Shown: piece after piece, positions 29,801 through 39,728 of the stretch
How the letters are laid out: the number at the start of each line of letters is the position of its first letter
Position numbering within the stretch: the first letter of the stretch is position 1
Origin: Candidatus Poribacteria bacterium
GTDB taxonomy: Bacteria > Poribacteria > WGA-4E > UBA9662
NCBI GenBank assembly: GCA_036339735.1
Contig: JAYZAL010000016.1
Span: forward strand, 1-64,000
DNA: 64,000 nt
Reading direction: 5' to 3'
Made by a program: the position numbers and the translations under genes
The notes under the pieces: generated by a model
Seen by the model: only the letters and a program-made list of their open reading frames with translations
What the model was told of the DNA's origin: nothing
Database searches by the model: none

Positions 29801-32800
29801 CATCCATCACAGGCTCAATCGCTACGATGATCGGCTGGTAGGTCCAAAATTTTGCTCCACCGATGGCAGCTCTCTTGTTATCACTAGCAAAAAAACGAAC
29901 TGCGCCGGCCCCAGTTGCGACACCACGAGGTACTGGAATTTGAATTTCCCCGAACTCTCCTTGCCATACTCGGATTTGCTTTCGTTGACGAACTAGCTCA
30001 ACTTCGGAGTCTTTTTTCTTAGGAAAGACAGCAGTTGCCATCATTGTTTCTGTATTAAAGTCGATAGCTTTTTGAAAAAATAACTGACCAGTATCTTGAC
30101 GAAGAAGATTTCTACCGATGATATTATTCTTCACAATAATTTTTTGGTTAGGATCCAAGGCTATGGAATTAAGATCAACCTGAATCTGCAAGTCAGGAAT
30201 AGCTAACTTAGTGGCAGGGTCGCCAAATAGAATATACTGTTCAGCTCCCGGAATATAATGCAGCGCGGCTTCGCTTATGAAGCGGGTTTTGGCATGACCA
30301 ACGATGGCTCCAATAATGGATGGTTTAACACTAAACATTGCTGTGAATAAATCTTCATCAAATAGAGCATTTCCATAACCATATGTTAGGCGGCTAGCAG
30401 CTAGTGAGGCAATCGCTCCATGTTGATTATTAACGAAAGCTTCACTTAAGCTTTGTTCTCCATATTGAAGCGGTTTGTCAAATTGCCCGTTAAGACATGT
30501 AGTTGTGATCATAAAGGGTAAGTACTCATTAGACATTAACTGGGCATCTTGTAGACGAAAGATTGACTCGTCAGCCCATTGTTGTGTGCCACCGTGCCCC
30601 GAATATTCGGCAATTAAAACCCCCTGATCTAAGGTTCTTTTTATCTCCTGATTGGTATTGAGTGGACTTACAATTTCTCTTAGGTATATTTTTTCCACAT
30701 CGTAATCAACGGGGATAAAGTTATTAATTATATTCTCACGACTTAGTTCAAAGATATCATCTTGGCCAGGGTTATCAATTTCGTTATCAGCAACTTGCAT
30801 AATACGTGCTTGCCAACGGCCAATTTTTGGATTTTGCTCATAGTCAATAATTTTGCCAACGACCGTATTTAATTCATGTTGCCTCTGGACAGCTAACCGA
30901 CCTATAAACATATCCGGTATAGAATCATCACCACTTATATTGACGAATCGTTGGTCCATTGCTGTTTCTCCACTCTCAGGCGACCAACCATGAAAAGTTG
31001 GCAGAAAATTGGGGTACAGATCATAATCAGTACCGAATTCTTCTCGGTAACGAGCAACCATTGATCGCTTATAGTCATAATGCGCATCACCAACTAATAA
31101 GACATATGTAGGGGCAGGTTTTTGCCAATTGGTATAGGTATAACGTAGAAATCTCTGAATAGCATGTGGGTTAAAAATACCACCAGCGAATAGATCGTAG
31201 ACTTCATCTACGTCAACAACCTTAACATTTAGGCCCTGTGATCGACGAAATTCGACTAGTGGTTGAATTCCTTCAATGAAATTTTCGTGACTAATGACAA
31301 TATAATCGGCTTGGTTAGCTGGCCTTCGTAAATCCGAAGGTTTTGCTGGTATTAACTTAGGAATGTAGTAATATGCAGATCTAGAAAGAGCCGCATACTC
31401 GGTGCGTTGGATAATCTGGTCTTGAAATACTAGGTTGAAATTAGGTTTTTCAGTGTCAACTTTTGCTCCGACCAATCGAGCCTCAATCCCTCCGTTGACT
31501 ATTCGATATAAATCAACTGGTTGCTTACTAAAGTCAGTCAAAGTGTATTGAACGACAGTGTTTCGGGGAATGGGATCGACCTCAGAATTGAACAAAAGTA
31601 CATCGCCAATGGCTCTGAACGTTCGCCAATAATCAAACTCAAACCAGTCGAGATAGAAGTCAGCTTTACTTATAGAAGTACCATTGTTATCTTCACTAAT
31701 GATATTTAAAAAATTGTCATGATCGTCGAAAATCATCTGTCGTTGTGGAAATTGTCGAGTAATTAACGGGGCACCTTGTTTACGCCATTCAACTATTGGT
31801 AATAATTGGTGCCCATTTAGAATGATTCGGGCTCGATGTGTAGCATTTCGCTTGACCGTCCGGCCTTGTAACTTTACACGCAATTCAGCCTGCCTATTGG
31901 TACTCAGGCGAGGGACTGTTCCAAGAAAATTAACCCGAAAATCCTTTTGTCGAATGGCTTTGACTGACGACCCCGTCAGTGTAGTCCAGAAATAATGATC
32001 CACCAACTCTGAGCGGACTTGAGTCAATGGATCATAGAACCGATCTTTTTCCATGTGAATTGTAGTTTTGAATGATCGTGCTGAAACAATACCATCTACT
32101 TGGGGAGAAACATTTACATCTCTGACTTGTGTAGTTGAGGTTGGCAAACCAAGCTCATTCTGTCCCCAACTCAACCAATAGATATTTTCATCAGTAAATT
32201 TATTATTTTCTAACTTTTGACCGTAAAAAACGATAAAGTCTGCTTCATCGAAATAATCATTTTTATCCAAATCAAAAATATAAATACCAACAGCGCGTGC
32301 ACCACTACTCATTCGAAGCGTTTTGAGGTCGACCTCATTTAAGCCTATACCAACAGATTTGAAATCTTCAGATACAATCCTGTATATTCCAGTTTGATAG
32401 ATCGGTATTTTGAATCGTTGGTTATCACTAGTTGAGGCATAGGGAGCAGAAGAAAGTGATACAGGTGGTTTTCGCCATTTGCGAGCTTGGTCATAGTTCA
32501 GCAAAGTTGATTGAAGATAATCTTCAATGTATGGAGAGACTAGTGTAGAATTATCCACAGAGTAATTAGATGTTGGCAAATCGATCCGAAAAGTTGCTGA
32601 CTGAATTCGGGGGTCAACGGAAATTCGGCCAATCCTCTGGGATTGCATGAAACCAATGGGTGAAATACTGATGATTTGAACTGAATCCAACTGATCGGTG
32701 GATTCAAAAGCTGAAGAAGCGATCAAAGATACTGTAGGACTGCCGGCCGGTGGTATTCCGATCAGAGCTACCAAGTGTCCGTGCTGATCCCGATTAGAAA

Positions 32801-32993
32801 AAGATGACGATCTTAATGACGGAGAAGCCTGAAATGAAACAACCAGCCGATTACTGTCCGATTGTAATAATTGGAAGTTAGAAGTTTGGGATGAAACTTC
32901 CGAGACTTCGACGCCAAAACAGACGAGCACTAGCAATAAATATGGCGACTTGTACTCAATCAGGCGAATGAACCAACTAAATGTAGATTGCAA
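26838..32993 (-). CDS. large secreted peptidase C25 (gingipain/PorU-like) with Ig-like domains and a C-terminal FlgD-Ig/T9SS-CTD-like domain
   Basis: QADYIVISH, VYDLFAGG...AIQRFL, YVLLVGDA, PDMFIGRL; catalytic YSGHG and TTCLNGQF; YILFGDPA; tail NVPNP...IKIYTISGRLI...WDVRD...LANGTYFYKI...GKLAILR. Confidence 0.85.
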   Translation of the reverse strand: MQSTFSWFIRLIEYKSPYLLLVLVCFGVEVSEVSSQTSNFQLLQSDSNRLVVSFQASPSLRSSSFSNRDQHGHLVALIGIPPAGSPTVSLIASSAFESTDQLDSVQIISISPIGFMQSQRIGRISVDPRIQSATFRIDLPTSNYSVDNSTLVSPYIEDYLQSTLLNYDQARKWRKPPVSLSSAPYASTSDNQRFKIPIYQTGIYRIVSEDFKSVGIGLNEVDLKTLRMSSGARAVGIYIFDLDKNDYFDEADFIVFYGQKLENNKFTDENIYWLSWGQNELGLPTSTTQVRDVNVSPQVDGIVSARSFKTTIHMEKDRFYDPLTQVRSELVDHYFWTTLTGSSVKAIRQKDFRVNFLGTVPRLSTNRQAELRVKLQGRTVKRNATHRARIILNGHQLLPIVEWRKQGAPLITRQFPQRQMIFDDHDNFLNIISEDNNGTSISKADFYLDWFEFDYWRTFRAIGDVLLFNSEVDPIPRNTVVQYTLTDFSKQPVDLYRIVNGGIEARLVGAKVDTEKPNFNLVFQDQIIQRTEYAALSRSAYYYIPKLIPAKPSDLRRPANQADYIVISHENFIEGIQPLVEFRRSQGLNVKVVDVDEVYDLFAGGIFNPHAIQRFLRYTYTNWQKPAPTYVLLVGDAHYDYKRSMVARYREEFGTDYDLYPNFLPTFHGWSPESGETAMDQRFVNISGDDSIPDMFIGRLAVQRQHELNTVVGKIIDYEQNPKIGRWQARIMQVADNEIDNPGQDDIFELSRENIINNFIPVDYDVEKIYLREIVSPLNTNQEIKRTLDQGVLIAEYSGHGGTQQWADESIFRLQDAQLMSNEYLPFMITTTCLNGQFDKPLQYGEQSLSEAFVNNQHGAIASLAASRLTYGYGNALFDEDLFTAMFSVKPSIIGAIVGHAKTRFISEAALHYIPGAEQYILFGDPATKLAIPDLQIQVDLNSIALDPNQKIIVKNNIIGRNLLRQDTGQLFFQKAIDFNTETMMATAVFPKKKDSEVELVRQRKQIRVWQGEFGEIQIPVPRGVATGAGAVRFFASDNKRAAIGGAKFWTYQPIIVAIEPVMDDQNTRTLEIFVQIADNQGQGGIKSVEALWMDTENFIDHSYKMILAPEYSKPVITNGAWFKLEEPIPLPKSGKTVRYEIKVVDVTNQEVKSETQRAEVPEGANLAIASKASLGPPIRYEFSKTKNTYLLSADIENIGGQPVTIPVEVWFSEDDLDKNSDFEIDTDANIFGFVTINPEQWNNHQPKTKGDIRQSYTVQLMLDQPLSTGSHKIYALVDPEGADDDHFDSVYGKLDEPRSFDNVGYSIFIVNEYQLKPNESLVALSLDHILDVNFPANSIVSQQSIPISIKNLKAKSTFQTELLEAPLPRIATLRALRKSDGPIAYKLQINAQEAKLVKPIELKLRFDIDQMEQNIQKKYTLVPGMEGFQKALKREVQWLSFYKWRSDFKLWERLGSDIDYNPNYDPSQKLPNLPQENEPDLKNKEVSLRQNSILALEQFVTPTQLENTSTEPLRRHQIRIDSHMTPVAEWVIFFLNSFQYEVMLKPKGTDNIEKLGNTGRVGNTFRDEVIGLQLTVPEPKIPFEYGDALVFSTQLGTSNEIRVDHTRSKNLGTGTAHASASKDYPEKFRTGDWILFFHDDNVYEIRDSFNNPLRYSFGMLVTGTTNQPLSLKEIGVDVLVMAGEQPFGFGDTIKFSTTEVGVVRATVQPEDFTFDTVTMLYSQDWFPPKFQIWVDGEVAVPKSTIPPRPEISMLLEDSSGINMEKFRMSFSRDGAEFQPVKNLEIPKTDTFRTVPIRYEPVLFPGYYIFRITAEDYNGYRLGDGPFYEFVYQVEKNPDLQAPEIVVLINKEPLVDQVELNIQPKFEIHIKDDYQVADETIELFLGRMNQSLEAISPDNYQIYPVEKTRTILRFTPDLSNGIYHIRVQASDTSENISNMKVLSFELNEMIKITDYVNVPNPVLDNTVFTYNLAQAADQVTIKIYTISGRLIQTLEDVSSQRGYNEAFWDVRDILGHPLANGTYFYKITAHSATKVSANSYVSQIGKLAILR

Positions 32994-33044
32994 AGGAACA
33001 ACAAATTCTGATTAACGAAAATCTATTAGTACATTTTATGTAGA

Positions 33045-33302
33045 TTACTCCAACAATTGGTAAAGGCCACTGATCTGACTCTTTGGTACATTACCTGTTG
33101 GTATCTCCAGAACTTTATAGCTTTTTAGGCCACGGTTCTGCCGATCACCAAAATCTATGGTAATCATATCGCCAATAGCAACGGTTTTGGAAGCTTTAGC
33201 TAACCTGTTATTGACCATTACTTTTCCACGAACGCAAATCTCGTTAGCTATTGGGCGACGTTTGATAATCCGGCTAGATTGGAGAAATTTATCGAGACGC
33301 AT
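33045..33302 (-). CDS. S4-domain RNA-binding protein (YabO/RqcP/Hsp15-like)
   Basis: MRLDKFL...IIKRR...GKVMVN...AKASKTVAIGD; 85 aa. Confidence 0.88.
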   Translation of the reverse strand: MRLDKFLQSSRIIKRRPIANEICVRGKVMVNNRLAKASKTVAIGDMITIDFGDRQNRGLKSYKVLEIPTGNVPKSQISGLYQLLE

Positions 33303-33316
33303 GTCTGCAATATTTT

Positions 33317-35623
33317 TTATTCTTTTCGGAGTGCGAGATCTAATACTTGGGTCATATTCTCGACCTGATGGAATTCCAGTTTGGCCCGAACGTCCTCTGG
33401 AATTTCTGGTATATCTTTGCTGTTTTCTTCGGGAATAATGACATGATGGATTCGGTTTCGATGAGCAGCTAAGATTTTTTCTTTTAGTCCACCAATGGGT
33501 AAAACACGGCCTCTAAGAGTAATTTCACCAGTCATGGCAACATCTTTTCTTACATGTTGGCCAGTCATAGCCGAGACCATCGCAGTCGCAATCGTAATGC
33601 CGGCGGAAGGCCCTTCCTTGGGTACAGCACCCTCTGGTACATGAATATGAAAATCTTGCTGGCTAAAAGTAAAATCAACAGGCAACTCTAATTCTTCAGA
33701 CTGAGACCGAATATAAGCCAAGGCCGTCTGGGCAGACTCCTTCATTATATCTCCAAGCTGACCAGTCAATGTTAACTCACCTTCTCCCCTCATCGTAGTC
33801 GCTTCGATAGCAACAATGTCCCCACCAACTTGGGTATACACCATCCCTGTAGCCACACCAACTTCATCTTGTTCTTCCGGCTGACGCTGCTTGAATTGAT
33901 GTGGCCCCAGAAAGTCACTTACATTATCTTCATTGATCTTGATGTTACGGTGTTTTTTCCCATTTTTGGCAACTTGTCTGGCAATTTTTCGACAGCATTT
34001 AGAGATCTGTCGCTCCAGCCCCCTGACACCAGCTTCTTTGGTATAGTGATTGATAATCGATCCAATAGATGTGTCGTCTATACTAACCAGTTTAGCGTTG
34101 AGACCATTCGATTTAATCTGTTTCGGAACCAAAAACTGCTGTGCGATTTTCAATTTTTCGAACTCGGTATAACCTGGCAATTCTATAACCTCCATTCTAT
34201 CTAAGAGAGGCATAGGAATTGCTGATTTTGAATTGGCCGTCATAATGAACATCACTTCCGACAAGTCAAAATCAACATCCAGGTAATGATCGCGAAAAGT
34301 ATCATTTTGTTCAGGGTCTAATACTTCTAGCAATGCTGAAGCGGGATCGCCACGAAAATCAGAGCTCATTTTGTCTACTTCATCCAACAAAAATAGTGGG
34401 TTTTTCGATTTCGCATCACGTAGCCCATGAATTATTCTACCAGGTAAAGAACCAATATAAGTACGACGATGGCCACGAATTTCAGCTTCATCCCTTACGC
34501 CACCCAAAGACATACGGACAAAATTTCGGCCAGTAGCATTTGCTATTGACCTGCCCAGCGAGGTCTTTCCCACTCCCGGCGGGCCAACTAAACACACAAT
34601 AGGTCCTTTGATTTTTTTGACGAGCTTCATAACAGATAGGTACTCGAGAATTCGATCCTTCGGTTTTTCAAGCCCGTAATGGTCTGCATTTAAGATCTTT
34701 TCTGCTCGATCAATACTGATTCGTTTATTTGTCCTATTAGACCAGGGCAACGAAACTAGCCAATCCAGGTACGTACGAATTACACCCGATTCAGCGGACA
34801 TGGGTTGCATTTGTTGAAGACGTTTGAGTTCCTTGTTAGCTTTTTCCAAAGCTTCCTCGCTCATGCCAGCTTCATGAATTTGTTTTTCAATTTCGTGAAA
34901 TTCATTGGAGCCGTCTTCGCCACGTCCTAGTTCTTTCTGAATCGCTTTCATTCTTTCGTTTAGGTAGAATTCACGATGTGTTTTTTTTACCGATTTTTCT
35001 ACCTCTTCTTCAATTCTGCGGTCCAATTCAACCACTTCTAAATCTTCTTCCAAGAACTGAACCACCATCTCTAATCGGTTAATGGAATTGACTTCGTCAA
35101 GGATTTGTTGAGGCTTATCCCCTTTGAAATTAGCATAATTTGCAATGTAATCTGCTAATATCCCAGGGTTTTTTTCCTTTTTGGCTACAGATAAAACTTC
35201 ATTTCTAAGTTTCTTTTTGAGCTGCATGCACTCACTAAAAGATTTAACTGCTTTCTTTCGGAGGGGGGCAGTATCGTCGCTTTGATTCAAATCTTCTGAC
35301 GGAATAGTTATTTCTGCCAGAAAAATATCGTGATCAACAAGAATCTCTTCTACAACGCCTCGTCGTTCGGTCTCAACCGCAATCCGTACAGTACCGTCCC
35401 CAGGTTCAAAAGAATCTACGATCTTTGCGACCGTACCAACTGAGTAAAAATCGTCACCCGTTAGCTCATCAAGGTCAGCATTTTTTTGGTTCAGTAATAA
35501 AACCATTTTGTCTTGACTTAGGGCAAACTTAGTTGCCAAAACGCCGACTTGGCGTACGACATTCAATGGCGTATTAGTTCGAGGAAATATAACCTTACCG
35601 GGAAGGGGAATTATGGGAATCAT
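33317..35623 (-). CDS. lon: ATP-dependent protease La
   Basis: [30 protein letters not shown], catalytic PKEGPSAG and GLKEK. Confidence 0.98.
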   Translation of the reverse strand: MIPIIPLPGKVIFPRTNTPLNVVRQVGVLATKFALSQDKMVLLLNQKNADLDELTGDDFYSVGTVAKIVDSFEPGDGTVRIAVETERRGVVEEILVDHDIFLAEITIPSEDLNQSDDTAPLRKKAVKSFSECMQLKKKLRNEVLSVAKKEKNPGILADYIANYANFKGDKPQQILDEVNSINRLEMVVQFLEEDLEVVELDRRIEEEVEKSVKKTHREFYLNERMKAIQKELGRGEDGSNEFHEIEKQIHEAGMSEEALEKANKELKRLQQMQPMSAESGVIRTYLDWLVSLPWSNRTNKRISIDRAEKILNADHYGLEKPKDRILEYLSVMKLVKKIKGPIVCLVGPPGVGKTSLGRSIANATGRNFVRMSLGGVRDEAEIRGHRRTYIGSLPGRIIHGLRDAKSKNPLFLLDEVDKMSSDFRGDPASALLEVLDPEQNDTFRDHYLDVDFDLSEVMFIMTANSKSAIPMPLLDRMEVIELPGYTEFEKLKIAQQFLVPKQIKSNGLNAKLVSIDDTSIGSIINHYTKEAGVRGLERQISKCCRKIARQVAKNGKKHRNIKINEDNVSDFLGPHQFKQRQPEEQDEVGVATGMVYTQVGGDIVAIEATTMRGEGELTLTGQLGDIMKESAQTALAYIRSQSEELELPVDFTFSQQDFHIHVPEGAVPKEGPSAGITIATAMVSAMTGQHVRKDVAMTGEITLRGRVLPIGGLKEKILAAHRNRIHHVIIPEENSKDIPEIPEDVRAKLEFHQVENMTQVLDLALRKE

Positions 35624-35776
35624 ATTACAATCCGACGTTACGTCTTTTTCAGATCAAAGTAGTCAATTCAAGAAAACGACTTAGTTTTTAGGCTTGCTTG
35701 CTTTCTATTATAACACGTAGGAGATAATGAGAGAAATTGGCCTGTAACGTTCTTCATCCTAATTACTTCCAAATTA

Positions 35777-37069
35777 TTAAGCCGTTTTTACATTTTTGAA
35801 CTCATCAGAAGAGCAATCTTGGCTGTAGACTAGTTCTGGTTCAATTCCGCCTACAACTGAGTCTTTGGTAACAATGCATTTCTCGACTCCTTCCTTAGAA
35901 GGAAGGTCAAACATTGTACTTAGCATGAGGTTTTCCAAAACCGCGCGCAACCCTCTAGCACCAGTCTCTCTAGAAATTACCTCCTGTGCAATTGCATCAA
36001 GAGCTTCCCCTGTTACTTGAAGATCAACTTCTTCATACTTGAACAGTTGTACATATTGCTTTACTAGCGCATTTTTAGGTTCAGTCATGATTTTGACCAA
36101 AGAAGAAGCATCCAGTTCATGTAATACAGCTGCGATAGGCAACCGGCCAATAAACTCAGGAATGAAACCATATCGAATCAAATCTTTCGGTACGAGCTTC
36201 TCCAATACTTGATGGATCTTTTCTTCAGATCCATCGTCAGTGTTGGAACCAAACCCAATAGATTTAACACCAATTCGGTCCTGAACTATCTTTTCCAACC
36301 CGACGAATGCGCCACCACAGATGAATAAAACCCTGCTAGTATCAACTTCAATAAACTCTTGGTGTGGATGTTTACGTCCACCCTGAGGCGGAATATTAGC
36401 TACCGTACCTTCCAAAATCTTCAGAAGCGCTTGTTGAACGCCTTCACCAGAAACATCTCTAGTAATTGATGGGCCATCTGATTTGCGAGTTATTTTATCT
36501 ACCTCGTCTATGTATATAATACCGGTTTCGGCTCGAGTAACATCTCCATCAGCAGCTTGAAGCAACTTCAAAATAATATTTTCAACATCTTCGCCTACAT
36601 AACCAGCTTCAGTTAAAGTAGTGGCATCAGCAATGGCAAATGGTACGTTCAAAATTTTCGCTAGCGTTTGAGCTAATAGTGTTTTGCCCGTACCGGTCGG
36701 TCCAACCAGCATAATGTTACTTTTTTCTAGCTCGATGGCATCATCTCGAGCGTACATCAGCCGTTTATAGTGATTGTAAACGGCAACGGACAATACCCGT
36801 TTGGCTATTTGTTGTCCGATAACGTACTCATCCAGCTGAGACTTGATTTCAGCTGGTGTTGGAAGGATAAACGCTTCATCCGAAGTTGCTTGGCCCTCAG
36901 TTTCAACTTCTTCTTCCCGTCGATACTCAGCTAAAACCTCATTGCAAACTTCAACACACTCGTCACAAATAAAAATTCCAGGGCCACCAGTTATCAACTT
37001 GTATCTAACTTCATCACGATTCTTACCACAAAAAGAACAGGTGATGTTACTTTCAGACGTACGATCCAT
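35777..37069 (-). CDS. clpX: ATP-dependent Clp protease ATP-binding subunit (start refined to the ATG at 37069)
   Basis: CSFCGK...ICDEC zinc domain, [21 protein letters not shown] loop; GGAGG RBS upstream of 37069. Confidence 0.98.
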   Translation of the reverse strand: MDRTSESNITCSFCGKNRDEVRYKLITGGPGIFICDECVEVCNEVLAEYRREEEVETEGQATSDEAFILPTPAEIKSQLDEYVIGQQIAKRVLSVAVYNHYKRLMYARDDAIELEKSNIMLVGPTGTGKTLLAQTLAKILNVPFAIADATTLTEAGYVGEDVENIILKLLQAADGDVTRAETGIIYIDEVDKITRKSDGPSITRDVSGEGVQQALLKILEGTVANIPPQGGRKHPHQEFIEVDTSRVLFICGGAFVGLEKIVQDRIGVKSIGFGSNTDDGSEEKIHQVLEKLVPKDLIRYGFIPEFIGRLPIAAVLHELDASSLVKIMTEPKNALVKQYVQLFKYEEVDLQVTGEALDAIAQEVISRETGARGLRAVLENLMLSTMFDLPSKEGVEKCIVTKDSVVGGIEPELVYSQDCSSDEFKNVKTA

Positions 37070-37136
37070 TAATTCCTCCGAAAAATATTTGCCACATAAT
37101 GGGAGGTAAACCACTAAGGCCCAAGAAATTAGTAAA

Positions 37137-37757
37137 CTAATTGTCTGGTTCGGTTATTTCCTCTTTATCCGATTCTGAGCGAGGGTGCGCAACTTGGTCA
37201 ATGATACCGTATTCTAGAGCAGCCTCAGGCCGCATGAAATAGTCACGGTCTGCGTCTAACCGAATTTTTTCAGTTGTTTGACCGGTGTGATTAGCTAAAA
37301 TTTCGTCTAATTGCTCTCTCGTTTTCAGTATTTCCTGTGCATGAATGTTAATATCAGATGCTTGACCACTAATCCCACCCAGTGGTTGGTGTATCAAAAT
37401 GCTAGAGTGGGGAAGTGCATAACGCTTACCAGATTCTCCACCAGCCAACAATACAGCTCCCATACTGTATGCCTGTCCAACACACCAAGTCTGTACAGCT
37501 GGCTTTACGTATTGCATGGTATCATAGATAGCTAATCCAGCTCTAACAGACCCGCCGGGAGTGTTCAGATAGATAATAATGTCATTCTTAGGATTATCAC
37601 CTTCTAAAAAGAGCAACTGAGCAACAACGCTACTCGCAACTACATCATCTATTGCAGATCCAATCATGATAATTCGATCTTTCAGTAAGCGAGAATAAAT
37701 GTCGTAAGCCCGCTCACCGCGGCTAGTCTGTTCAATAACGCTCGGAATCAAGTTCAT
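37137..37757 (-). CDS. clpP: ATP-dependent Clp protease proteolytic subunit
   Basis: [26 protein letters not shown] (Ser), IHQP (His), DRD (Asp). Confidence 0.98.
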   Translation of the reverse strand: MNLIPSVIEQTSRGERAYDIYSRLLKDRIIMIGSAIDDVVASSVVAQLLFLEGDNPKNDIIIYLNTPGGSVRAGLAIYDTMQYVKPAVQTWCVGQAYSMGAVLLAGGESGKRYALPHSSILIHQPLGGISGQASDINIHAQEILKTREQLDEILANHTGQTTEKIRLDADRDYFMRPEAALEYGIIDQVAHPRSESDKEEITEPDN

Positions 37758-37799
37758 TTATAGTACTCCTAAAATTCACAAAAATGACTGGTCCGCGAC

Positions 37800-39113
37800 T
37801 TACGTTGGTGTGATGATCAAATCGGGCCGCGCAGAGGCATGTTCGACTAAATGCTGATATATCTTTTCATCCCGCATCTGCTGCCGAAACTGGTCCAAAC
37901 GATTACTGGCTTTTAGAAGAGTAGCATACTTCTCTGGGTCTCGGTTTTGTTGTTCAGCAATCTGTCGAATTTCAACGTCCAGTTCATCATCCGTAACGGC
38001 GATATTATCCCGATCAGAAATGGCTTCGAAAAACCAGGTACACTTGGTATCAGCTATTACCCCTTGACGTAATTGGTCTGGCATTGAATTAAGATCAATG
38101 TTGGCTTCCTCAGCTGTTCGTCCTTCTCGATCCAACTGGTTTTGAACGTTTGATAAGGACTCTTGGATATAACGTTCCACTAGTGCCTCAGGGACCTCTA
38201 CATCTATTTTTTCAACAATTTGCTGACGAAGATCTTCCTTTTGTTGCTGGTAACGGGAATTCTTTTCTTCATCAACCATTTCATTCCAAACAGATGCGTA
38301 AAATTGATCGTAGTTCTCGTGGTCTAAATCTTTAGCCAATTCATCGTCTAGTTCCGGTAGTTGCTTTTCGGTAATTGCGTTCAGTGTAAATTCAATACGA
38401 ACGTCTCGACCTTCGAGTGGATTTTGCGCTTGTCCTTCTTGAGGTTTGGATGTGTCGATATTGACCGTTTTTGATTGCCCAACTTCCATTCCGATAAGTG
38501 AATCCTTAATCTCCGTAAAAATGTTACTTTGATCCATATCAATATCGGCATCGTCTTCTGACTCAGTGGGTTCGTCATCTAGAAAAGACTGCCAGCTAAT
38601 ATTGACGCAATCACCTTCGACTACTTCCCGTTCTTCTTCTATCGGTATGTAGTCCGCGTGCATTTCTTGGTATAGTTTCATGCGTTCATCGACATCTTCC
38701 TTGGGGACGTCAATTGCTGTTTTATTTATCTCAAAAGAGCTAAGTTCAGGTACTAATACTTCAGGCTTAATATCTACGAAAGCTGAAAAAACGAACTCTT
38801 GCCCCTCGACCAGCTCAAGTTGATCAAAGGGGGGTTGAATGTCGACTTCGCCCAGTGGAATAAGCTCTTCCTGGCGTATAGCATCATCGTAGGATGATGG
38901 GATTAGCCTTTGTAAGATATCTGCTTGGATCTGTGGTGAAAATCTGGCCCTGATCATATTGATCGGAGCCTTACCCTTGCGAAAACCAGGAATGGCAATA
39001 TTTTTCCGAATTTGTCGGTATTGCTGGCTAAATTCCTGATCTACAGTTTCTGAAGAAATTTCAATGTTAAGTTTTACTCTGCCTTTTTCCAGCCTTTCAA
39101 CTGCAACCTTCAA
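37800..39113 (-). CDS. tig: trigger factor (true start is the TTG at 39113; the longer ORF call runs through tRNAs)
   Basis: IPGFRKGKAP signature, FKBP-like middle, LPELDDELAK; GGAG RBS before the TTG. Confidence 0.93.
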   Translation of the reverse strand: MKVAVERLEKGRVKLNIEISSETVDQEFSQQYRQIRKNIAIPGFRKGKAPINMIRARFSPQIQADILQRLIPSSYDDAIRQEELIPLGEVDIQPPFDQLELVEGQEFVFSAFVDIKPEVLVPELSSFEINKTAIDVPKEDVDERMKLYQEMHADYIPIEEEREVVEGDCVNISWQSFLDDEPTESEDDADIDMDQSNIFTEIKDSLIGMEVGQSKTVNIDTSKPQEGQAQNPLEGRDVRIEFTLNAITEKQLPELDDELAKDLDHENYDQFYASVWNEMVDEEKNSRYQQQKEDLRQQIVEKIDVEVPEALVERYIQESLSNVQNQLDREGRTAEEANIDLNSMPDQLRQGVIADTKCTWFFEAISDRDNIAVTDDELDVEIRQIAEQQNRDPEKYATLLKASNRLDQFRQQMRDEKIYQHLVEHASARPDLIITPT

Positions 39114-39151
39114 AAAAAACTCCGTGTGTCCTATGATTATGAAGATGAGAT

Positions 39152-39236
39152 TGGGCGAAGAGGGACTCGAACCCTCACGGGGGGAAACCCCAATAGATCC
39201 TAAGTCTATCTCGTCTACCAGTTCCGACATCCGCCC
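39152..39236 (-). tRNA. tRNA-Leu(TAG), CCA not encoded
   Basis: GGGCGGATGTCGGAACTGGTAGACG...ATAGAC-TTAGGA-TCTAT, long variable arm, GGTTCGAGTCC, ...TTCGCCCA. Confidence 0.95.
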
Positions 39237-39273
39237 GAAATTTTGAGCCGTGGGGTTAACACGGACAAGAAAA

Positions 39274-39347
39274 CGCGTCCGGAGGGACTCGAACCCCCAA
39301 CCTACAGATCCGAAGTCTGTTGCTCTATCCAATTGAACTACGGACGC
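39274..39347 (-). tRNA. tRNA-Arg(TCG), CCA not encoded
   Basis: GCGTCCGTAGTTCAATTGGATAGAGC, anticodon loop CTTCGGA, GGTTCGAGTCC, CGGACGCG. Confidence 0.95.
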
Positions 39348-39355
39348 AAAAGAAG

Positions 39356-39428
39356 GGTGGATGATGGGATTTGAACCCACGACCGCCTGATCCACAGTCA
39401 GGAGCTCTACCACTGAGCTACATCCACC
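39356..39428 (-). tRNA. tRNA-His(GTG) with encoded G-1, complete CCA not encoded
   Basis: G-GTGGATGTAGCTCAGTGGTAGAGC, anticodon loop CTGTGGA, GGTTCAAATCC, CATCCAC-C. Confidence 0.95.
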
Positions 39429-39457
39429 ACCCGAGATTTTTAAAGGAGTGTCTTCGA

Positions 39458-39534
39458 TGGCACGCCCGGCAGGATTCGAACCTGCGACCTACTGATTAGA
39501 AGTCAGTTGCTCTATCCAGCTGAGCTACGGGCGC
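39458..39534 (-). tRNA. tRNA-Arg(TCT), CCA encoded
   Basis: GCGCCCGTAGCTCAGCTGGATAGAGC, anticodon loop CTTCTAA, GGTTCGAATCC, GGGCGTGCCA. Confidence 0.96.
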
Positions 39535-39557
39535 AATCCGCAGGACGACTAAGCAAA

Positions 39558-39632
<75 letters not shown>

Positions 39633-39648
39633 TCCAAAAAACCGACAA

Positions 39649-39677
39649 AATATACCACATGCCAAAAACAGATTCAA
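39649..39677 (-). promoter_or_regulatory. promoter of the tRNA-tig-clpPX-lon cluster
   Basis: Minus strand TTGAAT-17 bp-TATATT with TG extended -10, 16 bp before tRNA-Pro. Confidence 0.7.
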
Positions 39678-39728
39678 GATAAAATAGCATCTCACAAACT
39701 CGAGGGTGAGTGGTGGCCCTCAATACAT

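Noticed and set aside
39114-39413. N-terminal 100-aa extension of the trigger factor ORF
   Set aside because: It is read through tRNA-His, tRNA-Arg and tRNA-Leu; the real start is the TTG at 39113 with an RBS.
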